Origin: Balanoglossus misakiensis
Taxonomy: Eukaryota; Animalia; Hemichordata
Reading direction: 5' to 3'
DNA length: 64,000 nt
Assembly: GCA_040954595.2 (NCBI GenBank)
Contig: CM082580.2
Location: 2,036,783 to 2,100,782 of the forward strand
Shown here: positions 1 through 12,347 of the stretch, in pieces
Numbering within the stretch: position 1 is the stretch's first letter
Layout: each line of letters begins with the position of its first letter
Notes under the pieces: generated by a model
Told to the model about the DNA's origin: nothing
Database searches by the model: none
Seen by the model: the letters and a program-made list of their open reading frames with translations, nothing else
Position numbers and translations under genes: made by a program

Positions 1-15
1 TTAGTACAGTCCATG

Positions 16-1365
16 CTAATTTGGGCTGATTATGCGGAGAGCTTTAATGTTCAACTCAATTCCATGATTGTCAGAGACCCAGTCTGGTGAGATTGCTCTG
101 GCCAATGCAATCTGACATCTCTGAGATAGGTGACATGCTGGTTGGTCTATTATAGGCCTAGGGTCATCATTTCCATCTTCATTTAAGATGCCTTCCACAC
201 CATAATATTCAATGTCATCTGGTGCTAGATGTATGCCAGTGGGATTTTGAAACTGGCCTGCAACAAATAGGCGTAGGGGGGAATACCTAGTTGTCCTCAT
301 ACGGTGGCGTGACCAGGCTTGCCTCCACATCTCCAATTTCTTGTTAATTCTGTCAAAGTACACACAATGCAAGGCAGCTATATGTCGATCATCTAAAGGA
401 TCTAATAGTCCTTCATCTTCCAAAAAGTAGAATAGTTGGTGATATAGACTCAACACTCCTTCATAAACATCTCTCCATAGCCGTTCAATCCTTTGGTTAT
501 GGACGCTCTTCCCGGTGATCATGCTTCCTCGATTTGTTCCCCTTTTCTCTAACACGTAATCAGCAATCAAGACATTCTCCATCCCTTTGTCACTTCTAAC
601 ACGATTTGGTAAACCGTAATTGGCCACTCCGGATTTAAAACTTTGCAAAAGCGTGGAAGCCTTGTTGTTGTTGTGACACATTAGGACCACTGGAAGACGA
701 CTGAATCCATCGATAGCTCCAAATACAACCAGGTTCCAACGTATCAGTTTATGGTTTGTGTCAATGTGCCACAACTCATTTGGGCCACGAACATTGTAAA
801 CTCTCCTCTGCAACCTTCCCCTCTGCCTTGCCTCAACACCTTCCTGATCAACCCTATGAATGCTATCTCTCAATCTCATGCGTTGAATTTTTATGTTTCT
901 TTCCAGAAGCAGTTGCTTTAACAGGTTTTCACCACAATAGGGAAATTCTCTTGTCAAATGTTTCACATGAGAATCCAGTTCATCATCATCTACAACAGTA
1001 AAATTTCTTTTACTTAAATCGTACCGTAGCATGCGTCGATAAATTTTTCTCTCTGACACAGCCAGCATAGATGCTATTTCTTTGATAGTAAAATCCTCAT
1101 CCAAAAGATTTTCCAACACATATTTCGCGATTAGAAATTCAGGAACCCCACACGTCAGTCCAATTCTGCTTGGGGCTTGGCCTCCATACGTGCAGCAAGC
1201 AATCCTTAACACCATCATATCCTTTCTACTGTGTACACCAAGATATTCCAGTTCAGGAACTGTCAACTTGGAGACTATGTCCGGTGTTATCTTCTCCTTT
1301 TCAAATTTTCCTTTGCAAGAGCCAAGATTGAGACTCAGGAGTATTTCGAACATAGGCATTTCCAT
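16..1365 (-). CDS. IS3EU-type DDE transposase (SAM-like N-terminus, HTH, rve-like integrase core), 449 aa
   Basis: Uninterrupted ORF with [26 protein letters not shown] and [11 protein letters not shown] motifs of IS3/IS481-like integrase cores; HTH '[19 protein letters not shown]'. Confidence 0.85.
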   Translation of the reverse strand: MEMPMFEILLSLNLGSCKGKFEKEKITPDIVSKLTVPELEYLGVHSRKDMMVLRIACCTYGGQAPSRIGLTCGVPEFLIAKYVLENLLDEDFTIKEIASMLAVSERKIYRRMLRYDLSKRNFTVVDDDELDSHVKHLTREFPYCGENLLKQLLLERNIKIQRMRLRDSIHRVDQEGVEARQRGRLQRRVYNVRGPNELWHIDTNHKLIRWNLVVFGAIDGFSRLPVVLMCHNNNKASTLLQSFKSGVANYGLPNRVRSDKGMENVLIADYVLEKRGTNRGSMITGKSVHNQRIERLWRDVYEGVLSLYHQLFYFLEDEGLLDPLDDRHIAALHCVYFDRINKKLEMWRQAWSRHRMRTTRYSPLRLFVAGQFQNPTGIHLAPDDIEYYGVEGILNEDGNDDPRPIIDQPACHLSQRCQIALARAISPDWVSDNHGIELNIKALRIISPN

Positions 1366-1634
1366 GTCTGCTTGATATATCCTCAGCTATCCAGGGAAAA
1401 CTATTAGGTGATTGCAGATCAAGTGCAGAACAGCTGATCAATGATAGAGGGCAGGCTAAAATGCGTTTCCAGTCATGATGGTGAATGTTATATGTTAATA
1501 GTTTAAGTCAGCAGCCCATCCAAGTGACATTAATCATAAGTATGGTGTTTGATATTTATCATAATGCTGTTTGCAATAGTAATATTGAAGTAAAGTCAAA
1601 GTCTTTATAAAGTTCATATATGTACAATTGCATT

Positions 1635-2135
1635 TGGCCATAGTAATAATGGTGTTTGGTCATAAGCATAGTGGGGTCTGTCATAGTATTAAAGGTGTTT
1701 GATTATAAGCATAGTGGAGTCTGTCATAGTATTAAAGGTGTTTGATCATAAGCATAGTGGGGTCTGTCATAGTATTAAAGGTGTTTGGTCATAAGCATAA
1801 TAGAGTTTGCCATAGTAAGAATGGTGTTTGGTTATAAGCATAGTGAAGTCTGTTAAAGTAATCACTATGTTTGGTCATAAGCATAATAAAGTTTGCCATA
1901 GTAAGAATGGTGTTTGGTTATAAGCATAGTAAAGTCTGTTAAAGTAATCACTATGTTTGGTCATAAGCATAAAAGTGTTTGCCATAGTAATAATAGTGTT
2001 TAGTTATTAAGCATAGTGAAGTCTGTTAAAGTAATCACTATGTTCAGTTATAGCCATAATAGAGTTTGCCATAGTAAGAATGGTGTTTGGTAATAAGCAT
2101 AATGGATTCTGTCATAGTAATAACGGTGTTTTATT
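1635..2135. repeat. 43-bp tandem array (catagtattaaaggtgtttg.. unit), about 11 degenerate copies
   Basis: 'catagtatt' recurs at 1682, 1725 and 1768; variants continue to ~2130. Confidence 0.9.
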
Positions 2136-3399
2136 ATATAACTGGCCTAAAACAGCCCAAGAGGCAGTTTTGGCGTTCCATACGACACGACGCGAAACAG
2201 CTCGTTCACACTCAGTTGACATCGCGTGATTTCAGAGCGCGCGCAAACATACGAAAAATTGCTACAATGTTGTACGCAGGCCTAAATATACTCAGTCTCC
2301 AACTCGCATTGGGTTTCGAGCGAAGTTTTGTACCTTACATCTGTCGCACATGCGCCACCAGACTCACCGGGTAACAAGGTTTTAAATAGTGTTAACTAAA
2401 CCTGTGTTTTTTTGTGAGTATGTTGAAAATCTCCAACCGAAAGCATTGGAATGTCTGCATTTTTAGATGTAGGCCTATCTTTTTGATACACTCACTTTGA
2501 AAAATGATCTGAAGAATCGGGAATGATTGTACAGAAAATCAACCCGTGCTTATTAAATTCATAAATTGTTTATATAATTCTTTAAACCCCTTAACTGGTA
2601 ATAATAATAATAATAATAACAAACATTTACCCATATTCTTCGTTTATATATTCTATATTAAATTAAAACCTCTAAAGAAAGAAAGAAAGGTAAAACTTAC
2701 CCACTTAAATTTTGCTGAGTTGCGGTTAAATTATGTTGTCACCCCAACAGCGAGTTCATGCTGATCCTATTACAAGGAAACGCATACGTGTGTATAAGGT
2801 TAATCACGACCATCAAGTATAGAAAACATCTCAGTTTTAACTGATAATGTGTGATGAAATCTAACTCATTTGACAAATAGACACGCGTCATACACGTGAG
2901 TGTCCTACATGAGGAATGGATGGGGAACAATATAGTAACATTGTAACGATGTGCTGATTAAATTAAATAACAAAAGCGGGTTAATTGGAATCCGTGCGTA
3001 ACAGTGCCGTGTATACTGGCCTGGCGACACTACGAGTAGTGTGCGGATGTTCGCCCACGATCGTTTTGAGGCAAAAAAAAATTTTTTTTTTAATGTTGAC
3101 ATAGATCTAGTATTTAATAAGGATATACAAACACATTGGGATATTAAACCTTTCATTAACGATGAGTCGGAGATTTTGTAAATCTGAATCGAACATATTT
3201 CGATGCCAGAGTGTGTTGAACAGAGCGACACTATGTGCTTTACCTGTGTACTGTATGTACGACCCTAGCCGGCATATAGGGTGCCATGTGTTAACTTATT
3301 ATTTAGCTATATTATTTGTTCAAAAGTCGTTATTTAACATACTTATATGTATGTAATTATAGATATGCAAACCATTTAAGTCCTGACAATTTAATTATA

Positions 3400-3988
3400 T
3401 ATAATTTCAAGTTGATTCAATTATATGCATAAAATGTATTTTATGCTCTTTTATTTATATATTGATTCAATTATATGCATGAAATGTATTTTATGCTCTT
3501 TTATTTATATATAATAAATTATTTATAAACAATGTCAGTGTCAGTCTATTATATACATATCATTAGTGATTTACATAATTATTTATATATAATTAATTAT
3601 TTATAAATAATAAAAATGTAAGTGTATTATATATATATCATGAGTGATTTACATAATTATTTATATATAATTAAATATTTATAAATAATGAAAATGTAAG
3701 TGTATTATATATATATCATGAGTGATTTACATAATTATTTATATATAATTAATTATTTATAAATAATAAAAATTTAAGTGTATTATATATATATCATGAG
3801 TGATTTACATAATTATTTATATAGAATTAATTATTTATAAATAATAAAAAATTAAGTGTATTATATATATATCATGAGTGATTTACATAATTATTTATAT
3901 ATAATTAATTATTTATAAATAATAAAAATTTAAGTGTATTATATATATATCATGAGTGATTTACATAATTATTTATATATAATTAATT
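3400..3988. repeat. AT-rich 78-bp tandem array (left part; resumes at 62224)
   Basis: 'catgagtgatttac' at 3639, 3717, 3795, 3873 and 3951. Confidence 0.9.
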
Positions 3989-4029
3989 CTGTAATAAAAA
4001 TGAAGAAAGTACCCTATATTTTCTGTAAA

Positions 4030-4705
4030 GTACGCCCTCACAGGCCATGTAAACAGGAGGGTCAAATAAGACCGTCTGGCAAACGAATGATTAATTCAAC
4101 GCACCATGTGAGCTGAGCTGAGTTGGTCTGAGTTGCGTATCACACAGACTTAGGCTGAATTTCAGTGGAGTAACCAGTCCGTTTTAGATTTACCAAGCCA
4201 CCACGTATTGTGTTAATTCATTCATTGCATCAATATATTTTGTCTATTCCCAGCGCTGGCCAAAAAGCTTGGCACCTGCTAAAATCAACTCATCTGCTGT
4301 GGGCCCGTTTACCTGTGGCAACGTTTATTCCTAGCAAGCCACCACGCAATGTTGGGGTCAACCTGTCAACACAGATGCCAGCATTCATGTGAGTGAGTAT
4401 CAGGACTGACATTGTCTTTGCTGAATAATTCATATTGCCTATTCTAGAATTCTTAGAGGCATTTGGAGAGTTCATTGCCTGGTCAACCAAACTAGACCCT
4501 CTGACAGCTGAAACAAAATGCGTATTGTGTTCATTCATTCATTGCATCAATATATTTTGTCTATTCCCAGCGCTGGCCAAAAAGCTTAGCACCTGCTAAA
4601 ATCAACTCATCTGCTGTGGGCCCGTTTACCTGTGGCAACTGTTCAGAGGAGAGAACGTTTATTCCTAGCAAGCCACCACGCAATGTTGGGGTCTACCTGT
4701 CAACA
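4030..4705 (+). repeat. Internal repeat blocks of the outer element (further copies at 5985-6300, 61748-61912, 62040-62180)
   Basis: Near-identical 'gtacgccc..caggccatgtaaacagg..gatttacc' and 'aaatcaactcatctgctgtgggcccgtttacc' segments. Confidence 0.85.
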
Positions 4706-5984
4706 CACGGGCGTCATGGAACAATAACAATAAACGCGGCGCCCTCAACGAATACACAATAAACATTTCGGTTTTTTTGTGTGTGAACGAGAACTGCAAT
4801 AAAGCTTGGTCAGTTAACAAATCCACACCGTACGCGTACCTGTCTATGCCCTGTTTGTACAGTTGTACGACATCGCATTGCGATCGTGTTGAGCTGTTTT
4901 TGTTCTACCTAATGTACGCATGCGTGCGCGCCGGCGACTTCGTTGCTGTGTACGTGTACGTGAGTACACATATATACAGGGTATGAAACGAATTTTCAGC
5001 CCACCGCCATTTGGCAACTATTACGAAGAGGATTGCTACCAAACCAGAGTATGCGTTTTAGATGACAGAGAAACCTAATGTCTGGCTATTCATGTTTCAA
5101 AAGTCGGTCGAACATTCGAGATATTATCGATCGAAAAGTGTCACTCGTCCTGGGGACGTGCGTTACCGACGTAAAATGGCGTTTTGGCGATGACGCAAAT
5201 TTCGCCATGAAAGGTATACATAGGACATACTGTTTTCATGCAAAAAAATCATAGCAAATATAACAGTGATGCACATGAACAACGTCCACCATGACTGGGA
5301 GGAGCTGAGCTGAGCTCACGCGTAGTTTCATACACATGATATAAAACCCGGCGATCGAACACGGCACTTCTGGTCACCAGATTCGCAATGGTTTTGTATA
5401 CGGATTTGTTGTATTTTTCACGTTTTCCGTTTTTTATTCATGATTAATCCAACACTTTTCAACACACATTCTAAGCAAAAATAAAAATTATTGACTACAC
5501 TTCGATGGCACTCTGCTCCGTAGAAAGAAGTGTCCCCCCTGGCCCCCCTTTTTGGTAACGCACGTCCCCAGACTCCATGTGAGCGATTGCATACCCTTCC
5601 TTACATACACTGTATACGAGCGCGTCTGTCCTGGCTAGCAATGGAGGCGGACAGAAACTGTTGTCTGCTGGCCGGGCGCGTGAGCGCGCGCGGTTGAAGA
5701 TTGCGCCATCAGCGTTCAGTTATGACTAAAATGACGTCATACACCTGAAGCACTGTGAACTTCCGCTTTCCGCGCTGGTGCGTTCGTTCGCATATCATGC
5801 GTTTGGTCATTGGAAAGGGGGATATTCTGCTGTTGAAAACGTGACAGAGAAGCCGGTAGGCCTTTCGTGAGTGCAGTTCTCGTTCACACCAAAAAAACAA
5901 CCCAAAAACGAAATATTTTCTTGTGTGTTCGTTGATCGAGTTTATTATTTATCCCATACACTTCAGTGTTCCATGACGCCCGTG
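4706..5984. mobile_element. Non-autonomous P-element-like MITE
   Basis: 18-bp TIR cacgggcgtcatggaaca / tgttccatgacgcccgtg; 7-bp TSD gtcaaca; empty-site paralogues near 4365 and 62149. Confidence 0.8.
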
Positions 5985-7679
5985 GTCAACACAGATGCCA
6001 GCATTCATGTGAGTGAGTATCGGGACTGACCTTGTCTTTGCTGAATAATTCATAATGCCTATTGTAGAATTCTTAGAGGCATTTGGAGAGTTCATTGCCT
6101 GGTCAACCAAACTACACCCCTAGCTGAAACAAAATGCATATTTTGTTCATTCATTCATTGCATCAATATATTTTGTCTATTCCCAGCGCTGGCCAAAAAG
6201 CTTGGCACCTGCTAAAATCAACTCATCTGCTGTGGGCCAGTTTATCGGTGGCAACTGTTCAGAGGAGAGAACGTTTATTCCCAGCAAGCCACCGCGTAAA
6301 GTTCCACGTGCATTCCCGGCCCTGGTTTTATTTATGTTTACAGACAATATTGCATTTTTGTACAAGTATTTTAATCAACTATAAATTTTGAATGTGTCAT
6401 TTACCTGAACCGGTCATGTTGACCAGAATGATACATTCCTATCTTCACTCACCCTAGAAATATGTGATTGAGACATAGGTCATTTGCATAAGCTAACATA
6501 CCAGAAAGTAAGCATATCTGTTGTTTTCCCTGTGCCACTGCCATCAAAGTAAAAATGAGACATTTTGTAGAGCAAACTCCAATTTTTTGTTCTCAATAAA
6601 CATGGATGAATTACATAGAATGTGTTTGTTGTTTACAGTCTTTAAATGACACATTAGATTATGCACTTTACAAAACGTTTCTGAGAAACAAGTGACTAAT
6701 TAAAGCTGCAAGCAGCGTTGAAGGGGCCCAAGCAAAGCGATAATACTCATGAGAACCCTAAGAGTGCATGCAGTGTTTTATAAGCGAACTGTGTAGGCTG
6801 TATGGGTGTGGATGGGGGGATGTGGGTAAGGAGGTGAAAGGTAACCCATGGTAAGCACAAATGGGTAGGAAATAAGGCTTTATGTTGGTAGAGAAACTGA
6901 AGGGAACATGTAGGTGTAGTAGTGAGACAGTAATGATGTGTGCACAAAGAGAGGTAATTAGGTGTTGCAGGTGATGCCGGAATTGGGGATTTAAGAATAT
7001 GTATTAAGCGTGTACTTGAAAACCAAGGCTGTACCTCCTGCGGTTGCGTGGATGGGAGGAGAAGGTGAAGTAGGTGAAGGGTCAACTGAGGTCACCTGAA
7101 CTGGGGGCAAAGTGCGGGACACAAATTTGATGTCGCATTAAAAAGCGAATGTCAGCTGTGAGCGTGTGTTTGCGGTGATTGGTGAAGTGGGCACAACATT
7201 GGTGTAGTGTGTTTGACCACAAAGGTGGTGGGTGGTGTGGTTGCTGGGAGATGGGGAAGCACACCAAGGTCTGCATGCAATGGAAACTGAATGTTGAGCT
7301 CTTTTGGTTAGTTGGCAATGTGGCATGCATGAAGTAAAGAGTTGAGCAGGTGTCACAGGTGGCTTGGCAATGTTGCTCTTTATTTGGGTATCATTGTGTT
7401 AACTGGGGGTAGGCAAGTTGTAGGTCATGGCTATGGGTGGAGTGTGGAAGGATACTGTAAGGCAAGGTGGAACAGTCGAGAGGTATGTTTCAGAAAAAAT
7501 ATGTTTATTAAATATAATAGAAGTAAACGTAAATTGAAAATAAAATATAGTATCTATTTATCTGTGTATCTATCTGTCTATGTATCTATTGATCTGTCTG
7601 TGTAATTGTCTATGTATTGATATATTGATGGAAATATGTAAGCAAACGGCGAAAAGTAAGCATCAAATAAGCTGAGTAA

Positions 7680-7960
7680 ATATAATGCAACAGTGGAAAT
7701 GTTGCGTGCCAAAGAACAAAGGAGTTAAAAGTTGAAAAAAATGAAGTGGTATTGGAACTAAAAAAACAACAAAGCATCGAATTACTTAATTAAAAATAAT
7801 GCAACAGTGAAAATGTTGCGAGTCAAAGTGAAGTAGTCATATGTAAACAAAGATGAAGTGGTATTTGACTATGAAAATAACAACAACTAAGCATTGAATC
7901 ACTGAAATAAAAATAATGCAACAGTGGAAATGTTGCAAGACAAAGAACAAAGTAGTTAAA
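7680..7960. repeat. About 3 copies of a ~115-bp tandem unit
   Basis: 'ataatgcaacagtg(g/a)aaatgttgc' at ~7682, ~7796 and ~7913. Confidence 0.75.
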
Positions 7961-8217
7961 TGTGGGAAGTTCTAAAAAATCAGTCATGAAAGTAGCTAAA
8001 ATAAAATCTATGTAACTATAAAAATAACTAATAACTTGATATGCAAAATACGAAAAGGAAGCATGCAAAAATGTGTATATGAAATGATGGGGGGGGAGAG
8101 TGATTGGATGAGCTTCTGGAAGTATTGAATGGGAATGGACAAATGTGGTGAGGGCAGAGTGGAATGGGTGTGGGGGAGATTGGAAGGCAGGTTGTGAGAT
8201 GTCAGGGGCAGTGGAGA

Positions 8218-11200
8218 TTAGAGCAGGGGTTGAGAACTGGTGTTGGATTGGCCTGAGATGGGGCATGGAGGAAGTGGAGGTGGTGATGGTGGAGTGGTGG
8301 GGGATTGGCATGTGGGTGTAGAGGAAGGTGGGGATGGAGGGGTGGTGGATTGCATAGTGGAAGGAGACGTGGGAGGTGGTGGTGGAGTGGAGGAGGTTGT
8401 TGTGGGGAGGTGGGCGAGAACCAGGTAGTCCATGACTGTGAATGTGGTGGGTGGCATGTCGAGGAGGAGCTCCTCGGTGATGTCTGTGTTGATGAGAGGA
8501 TGCATTGGAAACATAGTGGAGAGGACATGGGAGGGGATGGAGAGTTTGTGGATTTCATTGGTGGATGTGGCGAGGGTGATGTGGGTTGTGATGGAGGGTG
8601 TTAAGCGGGAGGTTTTCATACTCATCTGGCAGCCGGGGCATTTGATGGTGTTGATCTCTGTGGAGAATGGTGGCAGGGTATTTCTGCATCTGCAGACGTA
8701 CTTTGTAGTGGATTGTGCTGTCTCGATTTGTCCTGTAAGTGTTGTGGAGGGGTCGGCATTGTTGATGATGTTGTCCATGTTGAAAGCGGGGGTGATGATG
8801 GTGTCTTTTGTAGTGGTGAGAGTCTTTTTATTGAAAAAACGAACGGATAGGTTGGTGAAATTGTACGTCTGGCCGATGCGAACTTGTGGAATGTCGTTAC
8901 TCCAGAGGGCGAGCTTCATGGTTGCTGTTTGATCGGCGATGTATACCATCTGTTTTTGGACTTGAGATCCAGATGGCATGGTCTGGTGGGTGGCTTGATC
9001 AGCCAGTTGTACAGCCTTGGCTGTAGTGTTGACCTGGAAGAAGGATATGGTGTTGGGGTGAGTTTTGGTAGGTATAAGATGTTTAAGAGGCTCAGCATAA
9101 AAGGGGCAAAGTGTGAGAAGGTGCCATTATATTCAGTGTATGGGATCTGTTGTGTATGGGATACGATGTTAGGCAGTGTGTGCGTGTGTGTGTATGTAGA
9201 TGTGGCTATGTGGAGAATTGATGTGAGTACATAGATGTTGGAGTGTAGTTGTTGGCATGAGTGAGAAATTAGGTGAAATGATTGAGGGGTACCCAAGATG
9301 TAGGGAATTGGATGTGCTATTATGTGGTGTACCAGTGGGAATGAAGGTGTGTGTGGGTGTAGGTAATAAATGTAACATGTGCATTGAAGTGAATGGTGTA
9401 TTCTACTTGGGAATTATGGGGAGATGGTAGTGAAGTGGGTGTGTGTCGGTTGAATGTGAGTGGTGTACATGATATGTAAAAAGGTGTTGTGGGAATGGGG
9501 GCGGTGTAGCTGAGAGATGCGCAGAAGTGCTGTATAGCATGGGGAGATGAAGGGGGGTAGTGTAATTTGGGGGTGAGATAGTGTTATGTAGGTGGGTGAG
9601 CTAGATAGTTGGTGTGCAGTTGGCGGAGTTGTTTGTGGAGAAATTGTAGATGGTAGTATTGTGCGAGGTTTTGTGGTGCTTTGTGAGCGGGTTGTATGAG
9701 TGTAATATTGAGGGCCGAGAGCGCATGTGTGCTTTGAATTGGAAATGTCAGTAAGTGGAAGGCTGGGGAGTTGTGGAAGGAGCTGAAGAATAAGAGGCAA
9801 ATTGGTATTATGTGTGTGGACAGTCGTGTGAGGGGAAAGTAGATTGTGATGAATGAGGCAAAGTGTACTTACGCGTTGGAAAGGTGGTGTGTCGTCCATG
9901 ATTTTTTTCAGCGTTAATGCCTGGATGTCGGTGGAGTTGGCTGCAGGGGTGGTGTCATAACTAAAAGGCAGGGTTCTTGCAATGGAAACTGTTGATCTTG
10001 CATTGACCTGGATGTCGTTTTTCGTGGGGTCACGCCGGGATTGAACGTGACGGGTGTTTCTGATTTTTACAGGACTCCTGGAAGGAAACGAGAAGTTTAT
10101 TACAAAAGTGTTTTAAAGGGATGTGATGTGGTTGGAAGTTGGAAGGTGGTAGTGGTGTGAGGGGAGTTGAAAGCAGAGTTGGGTGTATGGAAAATATGTG
10201 AAAGCAGTGAATGGTTTGGAATAGAGTGTTGGTGAGGGGGTGTGGAGATGGAAAGTGGTTATGTTGGAAAGTGTAGGTTAGTTTTAAATTACGGTGTGTA
10301 GAAGGGGGTGGAGTGTGTGTGTGGTGGAACATTCAGGAAGACGATATGTAAAGTAAGTGTTGTTGTTATTTAGTTGAGGGGAGAACATGGTGGGGGGGAT
10401 GTAAAGTGTTTGGGACATGAAGTTGACAGTGGGCATTACAGTGACAAAGTATTTCTGTTGCTGCCTCTTTTCTGTTAAGTACGTTAGATGCAAGACATTG
10501 TTGTATTATTGTACATGTGGATATATAGCGAATCAACATGTGAGCACAAACAACTTAATTCCAATTGTAGACACAAGAGTGGAGAAATCGGCAAAAGGAA
10601 TATGCGGGCTTTACTGTTTATTCAGTTTGGGTAAGTTTTTAATGTGATATTGTACAAATGGGAAGGAAGTTGTGTGTCGTTGAACATTCATTCGCTATAT
10701 ATTAACATGTAGAATAACATGAATGGTTTCTGGTATCAAACATAATTAATGGAAAAAAGGGGGCGGCGAGAGAGAGACTTTGTCCCTTTAAAGGGACAAA
10801 GTCTCTCTCTCGCTGGCCTTTTTCCATTAATTATGTTTGATACAAAACACTCCTTATGTTATTGTACATGTGGATATATAGTGAATCAACATTCAACCAC
10901 ACAACACTTCCTTCCCACTTGTATGATATGAGAGTAAAAACTCGCCCAAAATGAATAAATGGTAAAGAACGATTATTCATTTTGGCGAGTTTTTTCACTC
11001 TCCTGTCTATAACAGGAATGGAACATGTGTGTGGTTGAACGTTCATTCACTATATATCCACATGTAGAATAACAAACGTTGTCTGGTATCAAATATAATT
11101 AACGGAAAAAAAGGCAGCGAGAGAGAGACTTTGTCCCTTTAAGTTGGAGTGTGTGGGTGTGTGAATGGAAATGTTCTTGGTGAAAATGTGGGAGTGGTTG

Positions 11201-12347
11201 GAGTGTGTCATGCGTGTTTGATATGTATTTGTGAAGTATGTGTGCAGGTGAAAGTGCAGCAGGAAGGGTGTGCAGTAAATGACAGATGGATGTCAAGGTG
11301 CAAATGAAGCAGTGGTTATGTAAAGTGGCGATGGTGAAGTAAAGGTTGGGAGGAATCAGTAGGGCTGTTTGTGTGGAAGCCTGTGTTGTGCTGGACGAAC
11401 AAAGTGTAGGTGTTGGGAGAGACTATGATAGAATGCACATAGGTGTTGTTGTTGCTGTGCTTATTGATGGGTGCGCAATTGGGAAACTGTGGTCCCATAG
11501 TAGGAATTGGTGGGGTGAGACAGTTTTCTATTGAGTGCGCCTATGTAGTCTTATTGGCCAAATGTGATTATATGCTGCAAGTGTCCGTTGTGTGCTGGGG
11601 GTTGCATAACAATGGGGGGATGTTGATTGGAAAGTGCAATCGGGACCTGCCGTGTTGAAGGTGTGGTTATGTGGATGGAGGCTTGCGAAGGTAGAAATGT
11701 ATTGGGAGCAGGGTGGTTATGTGGATTGGGGGTGTACAGGGAGTTGCTTGTACTATGTAAACAATGTTGGAGTCAGCTGGGAGGAAATGGTGTCGGCAGG
11801 AAATGAGCCTATGTAAACAAAAATATTTTTCGGCCGTTGTAAAGATTGATTGAGTTGTTCATGGAAAATGGGAAATGTGGGGGGTCTGACGTGGTAAGGC
11901 AAAGGAATGTAGAGTTTGCAGGCAATGCATGTAGGTTTTTGTGCCGAGGTCGGGGGAGAGGTTGTTTGCAATGTGTTTGGATTGGGGAGGGAGTGCACAA
12001 TGGAAAGAAGGTGATTTTAATTAAGGTAAATGGAGAAACCTGGTTTTGTTGTGAAAGGCGGAATGGGGGGGGGGGGGAGTGGACAATGTAGCACGTACTG
12101 AAGCAAGGGAAAATGACGGTGGAAGTTGTTGTGTGTTTTGTGGGGAGAAGGGGTGACACTAAACTTACCTTTTGTTTTGTGCTGTGCTAAATTGGTCGTG
12201 TTTTGCTACGTCGAAGACGAACATGTCATTATAGCTTGTTGGTTGTTGGAATCTCGCATTAAAGTAGCGTACGGAAGATCTGGCCGAGATTTTGACTGGG
12301 CTGACGTCGTGAATATATCCTGTGATATCACTGGTTGAGTCTGTCAT
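8218..12347 (-). CDS. Spliced RPA1-like ssDNA-binding protein (tandem OB folds, Zn ribbon, Pro/Thr/Ser tail), 399 aa; exons 12347-12169, 10077-9873, 9033-8218
   Basis: gccATG start; GTAAGT donors and polypyrimidine-CAG acceptors with compatible phases (179+205+816=1200 nt). OB-like segments 'ITGYIHDVSPVK..YFNARFQ' and 'VYIADQTATMKLALW..IGQTYNFTNLSVRFF'; CxC..CxxC. Confidence 0.75.
10792..11138. mobile_element. TTAA-targeting MITE (Kolobok-like); a truncated tandem copy lies at ~10495-10787
   Basis: ttaa|agggacaaagtctctctctcgctg ... cagcgagagagagactttgtccct|ttaa; sits in intron 1 of the RPA-like gene. Confidence 0.75.

Larger units (their letters stand above)
1..2182 (-). mobile_element. IS3EU-like DNA transposon, one end (continues beyond window start)
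   Basis: Ends in ...ttttggcgttccATA (reverse complement TATGG..., the TAY..RTA terminus of IS3EU, also seen at 20651/23631). Subterminal 43-bp tandem array; encloses a DDE integrase-core ORF. Confidence 0.7.

Noticed and set aside
1635-2135. Short regular repeats resembling a CRISPR array
   Set aside because: Contiguous degenerate tandem units with no unique spacers and no cas genes; eukaryotic TE subterminal repeats.
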